A stretch of DNA of 64,000 nt from a virus (IMGVR_UViG_3300028591_000005:1-64000), one strand, 5' to 3'; shown: positions 39,911 through 51,547, numbered from the stretch's first letter. Program-made: numbers and translations. The notes: a model not told the origin generated them from the letters alone.

Positions 39911-40447
39911 ATGTGGGTAGAACTTTTAAAAGAATATTCTCTTCAAAGCATACTTATTGGCATTATTATGCTTGCACTTGCTTTGAAAGGAACGCTTGAT
40001 TTTATTGAATGGGCAAAAAATAAATATAAAATAAAATTTGACAATGATTATCAAAAGAAACAGAGCGAAGAATTATCTAAAGCTCATTATGAATCTTGTC
40101 AAAAGCAATATAATGAAACTAAAGAATTATATAATAATGTAGAAAAAAAGATTGATTCATTAACAGATACTGTAAATACTCGATTAGATAATATAGAAAG
40201 TTCAATAGATAGATTGACTGAATCAGATATGCATGATATAAAAGGTTGGATTGTAGAAAAACATCATATACTAATGAAACAGCAATGGGTTGATGATTTT
40301 ACTATGGATACAATAGAAAAAAGATATGCAGATTATAAAATAGAAGGCGGCAATTCATATATTAGAGGATTAATGGATGAAATTAGAGCATTGCCGCATG
40401 TAAGTGGTACAATTGATCTTAATAAAAAAGATGAGGGCGAAAATTAA
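39911..40447 (+). CDS. Holin-like membrane protein
   Basis: N-terminal TM helix, coiled coil, YKIEGGNSYI C-terminal motif; flanked by hairpins. Confidence 0.5.
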   Translation: MWVELLKEYSLQSILIGIIMLALALKGTLDFIEWAKNKYKIKFDNDYQKKQSEELSKAHYESCQKQYNETKELYNNVEKKIDSLTDTVNTRLDNIESSIDRLTESDMHDIKGWIVEKHHILMKQQWVDDFTMDTIEKRYADYKIEGGNSYIRGLMDEIRALPHVSGTIDLNKKDEGEN

Positions 40448-40557
40448 TTTTCGCCCTCTTTTTTGTTGGTCTAATTTGTTTCATTTATTTTTTTAAAATC
40501 TTATATATAAAGATAAGAAATTTGTTTTTATGAATTTTATTGAGGTAGAAGGAGGAA

Positions 40558-43152
40558 ATGGATATGGCATCAACTAACTTATATCCACCTATAGTTGACA
40601 GTATTACGCCTGCTTTTATAGCTTCTGGCGATTCTAGTTACTGTAGACTTTATTTTTCTTTATCTAAATATTCTTCTTCCACTTCACCAATAAAATCAAT
40701 TCATATCTCTGTTATTAAACAATCTACAGGACAGAGTGTTGTTAATAAAGAGGACAATGCTGCAGCACAGCGTTTCCGCGCAACTGGAATTATTATTATA
40801 AATGGAACTCCTACTGCAGAAGATATCGAACGTAATTTATATTATGTAGATATTTTAAATGAAGACATTCAGTCCGGAGATATTAAAGGTTGGTATCCAA
40901 GTTGGATTTATAAAATGCAAATTAGACTTTCAGAAGTTCCTTATTCTCTTGAAAGTCAGATAGGTCAATCTGCTTGGTTGAATATTAATGCAAGTTATTT
41001 TTCCGAGTGGTCAACCTATTCCACAACAAAAGCAATTAGTAGACCACATATATCAATCCCTATATTGAATGATTTTGATAGTGAGGTTGGACAGAGTGCT
41101 AATAGAAATCAAGAGTATAATCTTAATTTAACTACTTTAGATTTAAATGGCACATATAGTAATGCAGATGAAAGTGAAACTTTATATTCATATAGATTTA
41201 AATTATATGACGCAGAAGATAATTTAATTGAGGATTCTGATATTCTTTATAGTAATCAATATTATAATCCCAATCAAATGCATTATTTATTTAAAACTGA
41301 ATTTAGAAATAGTAATCATTATAAATTAACTTTAAATTATGTTACTCTTAATAAATATGAGAGTAATCTTTATTTTAAATTATATATCAATGCAGCAATT
41401 AGCGATGTAACTCCTATGAAATTAGTTTCTGTTGAAACTATTAATACTATTGATGATGAAGAATATAGAAAAGATTTTAATAAGCAAACATTTCTTGAAT
41501 TTGAACAAGAAGAAGGTCTGGTTGGATTAAAACTTTATTCTGATGAAACAGGTATTTATAATGGAAATATCTGCATTAGAAGATCTGATAGTAAAGATAA
41601 TTTCCAAACATGGGAAGATATGAAAATTATAGTATGTATTAATCAAGTTATTAATAATCTTCCTATATATTTTGATAAGACTGCTGAAAGTGGCGTTTGG
41701 TATAAATATGGAGTTCAAACAATAGATACAGATGGTTATAGAACTAGATTAGTTGAAATTACTAAACCTATCTTAAGAGATTATGAATATTCTTATTTAG
41801 TAGGTGAAGGTGGTCGTCAATTAAAACTAAAGTATAATAATGTTATGAATAGTTATACTTATAATTATTCTGAATCTAAAACTGATACAATTGGCGGTAA
41901 ATATCCATTTATTACTAGAAATGGAAATATGCAATATCGCACAATTCCTGTAAATGGTTTGATTTCATTTAATATGGATGAAAGTCAATTATTTACAAAT
42001 GATTTAGATATGTATGGATATGCGGAAATCGCTAATCTTTATAATAAACGTAGACATGATGAATATTTAGGTGATTATGACTATAGAAAAGAATTTGATT
42101 TTAGAGAAAAAGTTCTTGCTTTTTTATATGATGGTAAACCTAAATTATTTAAGTCTGCAACAGAAGGCAATATAATAGTGCGGTTGATGCAGGTCTCCGC
42201 GCAACCAAATCAGACTTTAAATAGAATGATTTTTTCATTCACATCAACCGCACATGAAATAGCTGATGCGACTATTGAGAATTATTTAAAATATGGATTT
42301 TTTGAAGTTGGTGAATATGCAACTTCTTTTATAACTTACACTAGTCATATTGGTCAAATTCAATTAGATTGTAATTTTGGTGATAATATAATTGAAAAAA
42401 TTTGGCAAAAATATGATTTTTCAGATAGAAATGTAGCTGGATTAAAACAGACTTTACTTAAAATCCATGATTTAAAAATTAATTTTACGGATAAACCAAT
42501 TAAGGTTTACAATAATGTAAATGAACTTGTTTTAGGTAATAATATTTCTTATAATGGTAATATTATTACAATTCGTGCAGATAGGTCTAGAGAATATATT
42601 TTTGATGAAAATATTGATTTTGTTAAAACTGATTCTGTTGTTATTTTAGGCGGAGTTGAAAATATTTATAATGATAATAATGAAATAATTAATAATATTC
42701 ATATAGATGTCGATTTTATTTATGAAATGACTCAAGAACCTTATAAGGAAAGAGCCGTTAGAAATAAGATTACAGAGAGAGGAATGGGACAAATTTATGG
42801 TACTTATTCTTCTGGTTCAAGCATTTATAGAGATGTATATTATAAATATTATTACAATTGGGGAAATGAATCTCGATTTTTATCAGAAATAAATTGGACT
42901 TGTATTGAAGCAAATCCTGGGGCAATTTTCTTAATAAAAGACTTTTTAGATACTTCTGCATCAGAAGAATCTATGTATCATGAAATCAATCAAACAGGAT
43001 TATTAAATCTTGAAGGTCTTGGTGCTATTACTAATATTAAATACATTGGAATGAGAACTGCTGACGGAGGCATTGATACAACAAAAGATTGTGATGTTAT
43101 CGTTGATTATTCATATTATGTCACAATAAATACATATGAAGAGGAGGCATAA
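40558..43152 (+). CDS. Tail/baseplate structural protein (distal-tail-like)
   Basis: NLYPP start, TIGGKYPFI, DGKPKLFKSATEGN motifs; position. Confidence 0.65.
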   Translation: MDMASTNLYPPIVDSITPAFIASGDSSYCRLYFSLSKYSSSTSPIKSIHISVIKQSTGQSVVNKEDNAAAQRFRATGIIIINGTPTAEDIERNLYYVDILNEDIQSGDIKGWYPSWIYKMQIRLSEVPYSLESQIGQSAWLNINASYFSEWSTYSTTKAISRPHISIPILNDFDSEVGQSANRNQEYNLNLTTLDLNGTYSNADESETLYSYRFKLYDAEDNLIEDSDILYSNQYYNPNQMHYLFKTEFRNSNHYKLTLNYVTLNKYESNLYFKLYINAAISDVTPMKLVSVETINTIDDEEYRKDFNKQTFLEFEQEEGLVGLKLYSDETGIYNGNICIRRSDSKDNFQTWEDMKIIVCINQVINNLPIYFDKTAESGVWYKYGVQTIDTDGYRTRLVEITKPILRDYEYSYLVGEGGRQLKLKYNNVMNSYTYNYSESKTDTIGGKYPFITRNGNMQYRTIPVNGLISFNMDESQLFTNDLDMYGYAEIANLYNKRRHDEYLGDYDYRKEFDFREKVLAFLYDGKPKLFKSATEGNIIVRLMQVSAQPNQTLNRMIFSFTSTAHEIADATIENYLKYGFFEVGEYATSFITYTSHIGQIQLDCNFGDNIIEKIWQKYDFSDRNVAGLKQTLLKIHDLKINFTDKPIKVYNNVNELVLGNNISYNGNIITIRADRSREYIFDENIDFVKTDSVVILGGVENIYNDNNEIINNIHIDVDFIYEMTQEPYKERAVRNKITERGMGQIYGTYSSGSSIYRDVYYKYYYNWGNESRFLSEINWTCIEANPGAIFLIKDFLDTSASEESMYHEINQTGLLNLEGLGAITNIKYIGMRTADGGIDTTKDCDVIVDYSYYVTINTYEEEA

Positions 43153-43158
43153 TAAATT

Positions 43159-45198
43159 ATGAGTGAAATTAATTTATTAAAAGATGCTTCTTTTTTACAT
43201 AAACTTAGTTCAGAAAATATAAAAGTATATTATGCAAAAATATTAATATTAGATAAAAATGAACAGCCTATAAGAGCGATTGAAGGTCGAATTTCAGCGG
43301 GTTCTATATCATTAAATGGTAATTCTAATGTCCGAAGAACTGGGAATATTACTTTTCTAGCAGAAGAAACTGAAAATGATTTAACAGATATAGATAATCT
43401 TCTTTCAATGAATAAGAAGATAAATATTTTTATAGGCATTGAAAATAATATTGATGATATACATGATAAAATAATATGGTTTAAACAAGGTATTTTTGTT
43501 ATAACGCAACCTAGTTTACAACATAATTCTAGTGGAGTTATAATTTCACTACAATTTAAAGATAAAATGTGTTTATTAAATGGAGAGTGCGGAGGTGGGC
43601 TTCCTACTTCCGTAACTTTTCATGAATATGATCAAATTATAGGTTATGATGATAATGATGGTAGAGGATATACTAAATATCCTAATAATCCTAATGTTTA
43701 TACCGTGTATGCTATTAATGGCGAAGACATGATGTGGGATCCTACTTATGGATGGTCTAAATCTAGTAAAAGTAGAGTTGGTGAAATAATGCATGTTCCA
43801 CAAAGAATATTCGATATAATACAAACATTGGTATGCAATTTTGGTGATGAAGCAATTGCTAAAATTATAGTTGAAATACCTTTAGAGATTAGAGCAATAG
43901 TCAGATATGTTGGTACTGAAACTTTGTTTTATAATGACAGTACTGGAGTATATACTGAAGATTCAGATGTTGTAGCTGAAAACCCTGGTTTATGGAGAAG
44001 TTTTAAGCACAATGAAGATTGCGGTTATGTATATACTGATTTTACTTATCCAGGTGAACTTATTTCTTCTATTGGTGAAAATATATGCTCTGTATTAGAT
44101 AAAATTAAAAATACTCTTGGTAATTGCGAATATTTCTATGATATAAATGGTAATTTTATTTTTCGCGAGAAAAAAAATTATCTTAATACTCAATATGATC
44201 CAGTTCAAAAACTTGATGAAAATGGATTTTTATTAAATAGTGAAAATTATTTTGTAGATTTTAGTAATACCAATAGAGCAGCATATACTTTTGAGGAAGG
44301 AAGCGCATTAGTAACATCTTTTTCAAATTCTCCTCAATATACGAATATCAAAAATGATTATCATATATGGGGTAAAAATGATGATAGCTTTGCTATTCAT
44401 TATCACGTGGCTATTAAAGAAAAGCCATTGCCGCCATATTCTGAAAGAGAAGTGGTTGCAGAAAGAGATGAAAAAGGTGATTATACAGGTGTGATTCATC
44501 TTGCAACAGTTAGAGATATTCCTTCTCAAATTTATAAATATACTCCTAATGATTGGAGAGCTGAATTATATATGAGAGGTCTTGATAAAAAGAAACTTCA
44601 ACAAAGACCTGATGTATATGAGCAAGAAATTCTTGATTTCTTTGATAGTATTTATGATATGCGAAAACAAGAATATAAGGTTGATATAGTTAATCATCCA
44701 AATGATTTAAAATACTGGATAGATTACATTAATCCATCTTTATTATATGACATATCTATTGATACGATTGGTACAAGAATTTATAGTTACCAAAAAGATA
44801 AAATTAAAAAGCTATATAATACTGATATTCCTAATATAGTGATAATTAATAATGCGGCAACCGCATTATCTCAAGCTACTGTAATTGCTAAATGTGAAGC
44901 TATAGGACAACCTTATTCGAGAGTACCTAAAAGTATTTATGATAAATTGGTTGTAGGCACTTATGGATATACTTCACAAGAAACAATGAGAGATTTAATT
45001 TATCAATATACTAGCTATAATTCTGCAATATCTATTGTAAGTATTCCTATTTATTATCTTGATGTTAATGAAAGAATTACAGTGCAGGATAGAGCTTCTG
45101 GAATATTTGGAGATTATGTTATTAACTCTATAAATCTTCCTTTAGATGCAAAAAATACTATGACAATTTCTGCATCAAAGGCATTAGAAAGAGTTTAA
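43159..45198 (+). CDS. Baseplate hub/tail protein
   Basis: KDKMCLLNG, IPIYYLDVN, DYVINSINLPL hub-type motifs. Confidence 0.65.
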   Translation: MSEINLLKDASFLHKLSSENIKVYYAKILILDKNEQPIRAIEGRISAGSISLNGNSNVRRTGNITFLAEETENDLTDIDNLLSMNKKINIFIGIENNIDDIHDKIIWFKQGIFVITQPSLQHNSSGVIISLQFKDKMCLLNGECGGGLPTSVTFHEYDQIIGYDDNDGRGYTKYPNNPNVYTVYAINGEDMMWDPTYGWSKSSKSRVGEIMHVPQRIFDIIQTLVCNFGDEAIAKIIVEIPLEIRAIVRYVGTETLFYNDSTGVYTEDSDVVAENPGLWRSFKHNEDCGYVYTDFTYPGELISSIGENICSVLDKIKNTLGNCEYFYDINGNFIFREKKNYLNTQYDPVQKLDENGFLLNSENYFVDFSNTNRAAYTFEEGSALVTSFSNSPQYTNIKNDYHIWGKNDDSFAIHYHVAIKEKPLPPYSEREVVAERDEKGDYTGVIHLATVRDIPSQIYKYTPNDWRAELYMRGLDKKKLQQRPDVYEQEILDFFDSIYDMRKQEYKVDIVNHPNDLKYWIDYINPSLLYDISIDTIGTRIYSYQKDKIKKLYNTDIPNIVIINNAATALSQATVIAKCEAIGQPYSRVPKSIYDKLVVGTYGYTSQETMRDLIYQYTSYNSAISIVSIPIYYLDVNERITVQDRASGIFGDYVINSINLPLDAKNTMTISASKALERV

Positions 45199-45221
45199 TA
45201 ACATTAGAAAGGAGTTAATAA

Positions 45222-46100
45222 ATGTCTTACGTGTTGAATCAATATAATCAACCTGTAGTAGACAAAAGTCCTGCTTCTTCTCCTGAGAATCAGATTTATA
45301 TGACTCAATTAACTGGAGGAACTCCTAAACGAAGACCTAGTAATATAGATAGTGGAGTTACCGGTTCTTCTAATGATTTATTTTATGATGAATGTGTAGA
45401 ATTAAATAGTCCATTACTTACAAATGTTAATTATTATTTTCATTGTAGAATAAAAAGATTAGAAGATCCTCAAGTATTTTTTATTTATCTATTAAATACA
45501 AATGCTTCGCCAGAAGAAAATCCGCCAACTCAATATTTAAAAACTATTACTGTTAGAGGCGGAGAACAAAATGAGCATACTGAATGGGTTGATTTTGAAT
45601 TAGTCTTTTCTCCTTTATTATCTTTTAATTGTATTTTATTTCAATTGCAAAGAACGATAAAGGATTATACAGATTATGCTGATCAAGGAGGTCGACACCC
45701 TTATATTTGTTATGAAGAACTTAGTAAAATTAATAATATCGTAACAAGTAAAACAGGTGCAAAAGCTGGATTATTTAAAATTGGTATTCAATCTAGACCA
45801 GGATTGATGATGTGTTTAAATAAAGAAGAAATACATATAGGTCGTAGCGGTATTTATGAAGTTAATAATGGGAAAATTGTTGTTGATTTCTTAAGTATTG
45901 TATGTGCGGCGACAGAAGATCCTATAATTGTTCCAGGTGAAGGTACAATGACTATGGAAGAATATCTTGATTATATTGGTAATCAAGAAGTCATTATAGA
46001 TAAAGATCATACAAATAGTACGTGTATATTTGATAATTCTAAAGAAAGAAAAATAGATGCTTTTACTTTAGATTATATGTATGAGGAAACGGAGGAATAA
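45222..46100 (+). CDS. Hypothetical tail protein
   Basis: Beta-rich ORF inside tail operon. Confidence 0.65.
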   Translation: MSYVLNQYNQPVVDKSPASSPENQIYMTQLTGGTPKRRPSNIDSGVTGSSNDLFYDECVELNSPLLTNVNYYFHCRIKRLEDPQVFFIYLLNTNASPEENPPTQYLKTITVRGGEQNEHTEWVDFELVFSPLLSFNCILFQLQRTIKDYTDYADQGGRHPYICYEELSKINNIVTSKTGAKAGLFKIGIQSRPGLMMCLNKEEIHIGRSGIYEVNNGKIVVDFLSIVCAATEDPIIVPGEGTMTMEEYLDYIGNQEVIIDKDHTNSTCIFDNSKERKIDAFTLDYMYEETEE

Positions 46101-46106
46101 AGGATT

Positions 46107-49100
46107 ATGAGTGAAATGAGTTCATTTTATGGCGGAAGACAAGGCGCTTCTTTCGTTATAGTGAAACGATTTGACGGAATCAATATTCCTCAAGTCGAAG
46201 GACAAGAGCAATATACTAATGCATTATATGCTATTAATTCTAGTACTAATAGTTTTTTATTGGTTTCCGCATCTGAAGGCGGTAATGTTGCTGTTGGTGA
46301 TAATGTTTATTTAATAAAAAGAACTAATGATAATAAAAATGATTATACTTGGCAAAATCATTTAAATGATGGTTCTGTAATTAATGGAGGACAATATAAC
46401 TTTCCGAAGAAAATGGCGGAAGGCATGGTCCAATGTTTTAGTCAAGGTGCAAAAAGTGCAAATGAAGTCAATTATGGTGAATATGTTATAATTGATACTA
46501 TTGCAGAAATGAATGATAGAAATAACCTTGATAATGGTAAAATTTTCCGTAGAGGAATGAATGTTGATACTGAACTTGCAGGAGCCGAATATATAGGTTG
46601 TATAGTTGGTCCTGAAGGTAGTAGTGTTGAATTAAGTCTTGTTCATTATGATGATATAATTGATGAAGCTACAGGCTCTGATGAATATACTGTTACAGAA
46701 CATGATTTAATTCCTGGCGAGCATGATGGTATTTATGAAGATGCTATTAAATATGCTTATGTAACTATTCAAGATGAATATGGAAATATTGAGGGTACTG
46801 AAGTAGGATTTAAAATTCCTACTCTTGTTCAAGATTTTTATGGTCAAGCGGTAAGTCCTTACTATAAATTGGCATTAATTGAACCAGATGAAGAACAATA
46901 TGTAGATGGAAAATGGAGACATCCATTTTATCAACGTTGGAAAATAAATATTCCTAAAGGTATTCATGGTAAAGATGCAGTTAATTTCCGCATTATTCCT
47001 AGAGTGACCATGTTAAAGGGATACTTTAATGAAAGTCATGGTACATATCTTTATAATTCAAAAGATTTAGCTCCTGACCATTTAATTGGTTTTGCGGATG
47101 ATCAAATTTTTAATACTATTATAAATTTAGAAAGTCAAAATACTGATTGGATAGAAATACAATATAATGATCCAAGATATCCTCACGTGTATGCATATAA
47201 ATCTCAATGTGGTATGGATACACTTTATTATGATGAAATTGATTATTCATCTGAGGTTATTGATACAGAATCTCATCCTATTGGTTTAATAAATACGATT
47301 GAAAGGGTACATTTATCTGATAATGGTATTTTAACAGTTTATTATCGTGGAAGTATGCTTCCTGAAGAACAAGCAGAAAAAATTCGTTGGATTGATACTG
47401 AATCTTCTACTGGTATTGTTATTGATCCAGATGGTTCAATGCATGTATACTATAATACAACACATGAGCCTAGAGGAAGTGCCGATCCTTATGAAAGAAT
47501 TGATACTCAAAATAGAGCACATGACCATGATGATTTTCCTTATATTTTAAAATGGATTTCAAATGTTACAATAGATGCAGTGGGTACAATTAGAATTTAT
47601 AATAATGTGAATCCTGATTCTCCTGCATATACTTTTGATAGATATATGAAGTGTATTAACAATGTTTATATTGAAAATACAACATCATCTTCTACAGATG
47701 AAGGATCAGGAGATCAAAAAATTCATATATCTTATAATACAGGTGAAAATGCAATTATTGGTAATCCTTTAAATTACATAATTGAAACTGCAGTAGTTGG
47801 AAGCAATAATTATAATGCACCATATGGACATTTAATAGTTTATTATGCGGATCCCCTATTAAGAGAAGTATATCGAGATAATTGGATTACTTTTCCTAGT
47901 TCAAAATATCCAGATAAAATTTGGACACAATGGGTAGATTTAGGACAAGTTGAAGGTCCAGCAGGTGGCATCCATATTCTTAAAAATGTTTATAGTATGA
48001 ATGAATTAATGGATGCTAATTATAATTGGATTCCACCAGAAAGATTAAGAAATGACGCTGGTGAGATTATTGATGATAAAGCTGCTGGATGGTCATGTAC
48101 ATATACTCCAGGTATTTTTATAGCAACAACTTCAAGTGATCCTGATGCTTTAAAGATAGTTGCAAATACAGTAATACCTAATGATGGTGAAATTAGACTT
48201 TCTATTGTTGAGAATGTAAATCCTAGTCAATTTCATGTAGGTGACTATGTAAAATTTGATCAAACTGATGATACTGAAATATTATGTTTCAATTATGAAG
48301 TTAATGAGTGGTATACAATAGGTTCTATATTTTCTGATAGTGATGTTGTTAAACAAATTGAAACTACTTCTGCTGAAGACTATGAAGTTCTTTTATCAGG
48401 TAGTGCAGATAATGTTACTAGATCAGAGAATGCTAGAAAAAATACTCAGTTAACATTTAATCCTGCTAATGGTAATTTAAAAGTTAATAAAATAAATAAT
48501 GTTTCAGTTGGCAATAATCCTAAATTTACAGATACTTGGAAAGCTAATAGTAGTTCTTCAGAAGGATATGTTGCGAGCGGAAATGGTCAAGTTAACAAAG
48601 TTTGGAAAACTGATTCTAATGGTATTCCTGCATGGAGAGAAGACGCAGATACTAAATACAATGTAGTTAGTAAAACTGCTGCAGGTCTTGCACCTCAATT
48701 GCCAAATGAAACTGGCACTACAAAATATTTAAGACAAGATGGTAATTGGGCAGCACCTTCCGCATATTCCTTTACTACTGGTGATAATAATGGTCAGATA
48801 AAAGTATCTCCTTCAGATGGAGATGCTTATAATGTTAATGTTAAAGGCTTAAGTAATTTAGCTTATATAGGAATTAATGGTTCTACTTCTCAGTATTTAC
48901 GCGGAGATGGCAGATGGATAGCTCCACCAAATGACAATACATGGATTCCTATGAAAGGTGCTACTAGTAGCGCAGATGGTACTGTAGGTTATGTAAATGC
49001 TGTTCCGCCAAGTAATGGATATAATACTAAATACTTAAGAGCTGATGGTAGTTGGGAGGTACCTCCTAATAACCAAGTTGCTCAAATTAATAGTAATACT

Positions 49101-49466
49101 ACTAATGCTGAATTAAGTGTATTATTATCATATTCAGCTACTGGTGAAACTGAAACTCAAGGTATTAGAAAGGATAGTAATTTAAAATATAATCCTTATA
49201 CTAATAATCTTACAGTTAGTAAAATTAATAACGTAGCTCAAAGAACTCCTTTATATGATCAAACTTTAAATTTTAATAATAATTTAGTAGCTACAATTGC
49301 GGTAACTGGTATTACTGCACAAACTGCAATTGAAGTTTATTTCCAAAATAGGGAAGTTGCAATAAATTCACAAGTAGTTGCTGAGACTGGAGCAAATGTA
49401 ATTACATTTACCGCACAATCTGCTCCAAGTGAAAATATAGTATGTAATATATACTTTAGAGATTAA
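46107..49466 (+). CDS. Tail fibre/adhesin
   Basis: Three YLRxDGxW repeats and two LxxNPxxxNLxVxKINNV repeats in C-terminal part. Confidence 0.75.
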   Translation: MSEMSSFYGGRQGASFVIVKRFDGINIPQVEGQEQYTNALYAINSSTNSFLLVSASEGGNVAVGDNVYLIKRTNDNKNDYTWQNHLNDGSVINGGQYNFPKKMAEGMVQCFSQGAKSANEVNYGEYVIIDTIAEMNDRNNLDNGKIFRRGMNVDTELAGAEYIGCIVGPEGSSVELSLVHYDDIIDEATGSDEYTVTEHDLIPGEHDGIYEDAIKYAYVTIQDEYGNIEGTEVGFKIPTLVQDFYGQAVSPYYKLALIEPDEEQYVDGKWRHPFYQRWKINIPKGIHGKDAVNFRIIPRVTMLKGYFNESHGTYLYNSKDLAPDHLIGFADDQIFNTIINLESQNTDWIEIQYNDPRYPHVYAYKSQCGMDTLYYDEIDYSSEVIDTESHPIGLINTIERVHLSDNGILTVYYRGSMLPEEQAEKIRWIDTESSTGIVIDPDGSMHVYYNTTHEPRGSADPYERIDTQNRAHDHDDFPYILKWISNVTIDAVGTIRIYNNVNPDSPAYTFDRYMKCINNVYIENTTSSSTDEGSGDQKIHISYNTGENAIIGNPLNYIIETAVVGSNNYNAPYGHLIVYYADPLLREVYRDNWITFPSSKYPDKIWTQWVDLGQVEGPAGGIHILKNVYSMNELMDANYNWIPPERLRNDAGEIIDDKAAGWSCTYTPGIFIATTSSDPDALKIVANTVIPNDGEIRLSIVENVNPSQFHVGDYVKFDQTDDTEILCFNYEVNEWYTIGSIFSDSDVVKQIETTSAEDYEVLLSGSADNVTRSENARKNTQLTFNPANGNLKVNKINNVSVGNNPKFTDTWKANSSSSEGYVASGNGQVNKVWKTDSNGIPAWREDADTKYNVVSKTAAGLAPQLPNETGTTKYLRQDGNWAAPSAYSFTTGDNNGQIKVSPSDGDAYNVNVKGLSNLAYIGINGSTSQYLRGDGRWIAPPNDNTWIPMKGATSSADGTVGYVNAVPPSNGYNTKYLRADGSWEVPPNNQVAQINSNTTNAELSVLLSYSATGETETQGIRKDSNLKYNPYTNNLTVSKINNVAQRTPLYDQTLNFNNNLVATIAVTGITAQTAIEVYFQNREVAINSQVVAETGANVITFTAQSAPSENIVCNIYFRD

Positions 49467-49478
49467 AGGAGATAAATT

Positions 49479-49727
49479 ATGAGAGCAATAACAAATATAG
49501 ATAATGGTTCCTGGACCGGCGCAGTCACCTGCGCCGTCGGGGACACTGATGTTACAATAACAGATAGTAAAATAAAAAGCACTTCAACAATTGATGTTTA
49601 TTCAGAAAGTGTAAGTGGTGATACTATTTCAATTAAAAATATAGCAATTATTAATGGTTCTGCTGTTTTAACTTTTTTTGAACCATTAACAGAACAAATA
49701 AAATTTAAATTGCATATAATTGCGTAA
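49479..49727 (+). CDS. Small beta protein associated with tail fibre
   Basis: Resembles the C-terminal domain of the upstream fibre (IDVY/IEVY ... LTF/ITF). Confidence 0.6.
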   Translation: MRAITNIDNGSWTGAVTCAVGDTDVTITDSKIKSTSTIDVYSESVSGDTISIKNIAIINGSAVLTFFEPLTEQIKFKLHIIA

Positions 49728-49741
49728 AGGAGAGATTGATT

Positions 49742-51268
49742 ATGGCTTGGATTATATGTAAATATGGATCTGGTGGAGGTGGCGGTGGAGATCGTCCTGA
49801 TGGTTCTACTGTTACTCCTGTTTCTGATGTACCTACATGGCTTAGATGTGGAGGTCTTGGTTCTAAAGGTTATACTACTCTTTCTCAAATATTATCAGAT
49901 GCAAATACTCTTAATGGGTTAATGAGTGATGCTAATGCTGTTAATTACTTAGTAAGATCTACCTCTTGGGTTTCTGATATTACTGGAAATCAAAGTGCAA
50001 TGACATATATTGGAGCTAATGACTATGCAGCTTATAAGTTATTAAGTAATAGTACATGGAGAACAGCTATTTGTAATAGTACATATTTTGAATCGGTATT
50101 AAATGTCAAAGTACCAACAATGACAAGCAATACTACTCCCGAAGGCCTGTGTGCTTATTCAAATGCTTATCCTAATAGTTATTGGAATGTCGCTTATAAG
50201 GTATTTGATGGAGATACATCATCAAATGGGTGGCTTCCTCCACAGAATAGTACAAATGAATATATCTACTATAAATTCAAAGATTCTGAATGTCTTGTAA
50301 TGATGCAGATAACATTTGCATTTGGATCAAGTCCAATTTCTCCTGTGCAGTTTGACGTAATAGGATCAAATGATGGTGTTAACTGGGTAGATATAGCTTC
50401 TGGTGAAAGTATTTCTGGTTCGGGTACTGTTAATGTACAGAAATATTATCCTGTTTCTACTTCTTATAAATATTTAGGTGTACGAAATACTAATATTTGG
50501 ATTGATACTAACGGAGCCCACTATACTGGATTAATGGGACTTCAATTCTATGGTCGTATATTTGGTAATATACAATCGTGGCTTAAAGCTGGTAAAGTAG
50601 ATAAAAATTATACTACACTAGAGCAAGTTCTTGCTGATAGTTCAACACTTCAGACTCTTATGGCATCTTCTGATGCAGTAGATTATCTTTCTGCTTGTGG
50701 TAATTGGGCTGATACTATATGTGCTAATCAAAGTGCTATGAATTATATTGGGCTTAATAATTATGCTGCTAATACTTTACTTGCTGATGCTTGTTGGTGC
50801 AATGCAATTGCTAATAGTGCATATATAGAATCAGTATTAAACGTTAAAGTTCCTGTTATGACAAGTAATACAGAACCTAGTGGAGAAGTAATATATACTA
50901 GTACTAGTGGAACCGATTATCCATGGCGAGCATTTAATCCTAGTATTAAAAGTGGTAGATATGTAAATGCTAATGCTGAAGGATATATAGGATATATATT
51001 TCCAAATCCAACAAAGGTATTTGTAGCTGATTTGCATATACATTCAGGTTATTACCATAAAGAAATGAAACTTCAAACGTCATCTGATGGTGGTAATTGG
51101 ATTGATTGTACAGATTATATTAATTGTCCAATTAACAGCAATGTAAAGATTACTAATAATAAATCCACTTTAAATAGATATTGGCGAGTATATGGTAGAT
51201 ATCCACAAGGTGGTCATCCATATGTTTACATGTCCTTTATGAATTTTTACGGACGTCAAGATGTGTAA
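49742..51268 (+). CDS. Putative receptor-binding protein with tandem helical plus discoidin(F5/8C)-like modules
   Basis: Internal duplication (YTTLxQxLxD...ESVLNVKVPxMTSNT...FYGR twice). Confidence 0.65.
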   Translation: MAWIICKYGSGGGGGGDRPDGSTVTPVSDVPTWLRCGGLGSKGYTTLSQILSDANTLNGLMSDANAVNYLVRSTSWVSDITGNQSAMTYIGANDYAAYKLLSNSTWRTAICNSTYFESVLNVKVPTMTSNTTPEGLCAYSNAYPNSYWNVAYKVFDGDTSSNGWLPPQNSTNEYIYYKFKDSECLVMMQITFAFGSSPISPVQFDVIGSNDGVNWVDIASGESISGSGTVNVQKYYPVSTSYKYLGVRNTNIWIDTNGAHYTGLMGLQFYGRIFGNIQSWLKAGKVDKNYTTLEQVLADSSTLQTLMASSDAVDYLSACGNWADTICANQSAMNYIGLNNYAANTLLADACWCNAIANSAYIESVLNVKVPVMTSNTEPSGEVIYTSTSGTDYPWRAFNPSIKSGRYVNANAEGYIGYIFPNPTKVFVADLHIHSGYYHKEMKLQTSSDGGNWIDCTDYINCPINSNVKITNNKSTLNRYWRVYGRYPQGGHPYVYMSFMNFYGRQDV

Positions 51269-51280
51269 AGGAGAGATAAT

Positions 51281-51544
51281 ATGTTAAGTTTAGAAGAAAG
51301 AGTAACGCATCTTGAGAATTATCTCAATGCATTACTCAATAAAATAAATAATGATGAATATTATATGAATACAGATATTTCTTCTAATCGTACAATTAAT
51401 TCTAAGCAGGAAACAGATATAGCAGATAATCGTACTGGAATAGAAGAAGCATATGAAACAACTCTTACTAATACAGATGATATTGCTGATGTAAGAACTG
51501 CACTTGAAGAAGTTTATGAAATGATTGCACCTGAGGAGGAATAA
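51281..51544 (+). CDS. Small coiled-coil protein (fibre chaperone-like)
   Basis: DIADxRxxxEExYE repeat; ALEEVYEMI ending. Confidence 0.65.
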   Translation: MLSLEERVTHLENYLNALLNKINNDEYYMNTDISSNRTINSKQETDIADNRTGIEEAYETTLTNTDDIADVRTALEEVYEMIAPEEE

Positions 51545-51547
51545 TAT

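Noticed and set aside
46107-51268. Diversity-generating retroelement acting on tail fibres
   Set aside because: No reverse transcriptase in the window and no near-identical template/variable repeat pair differing at adenines.
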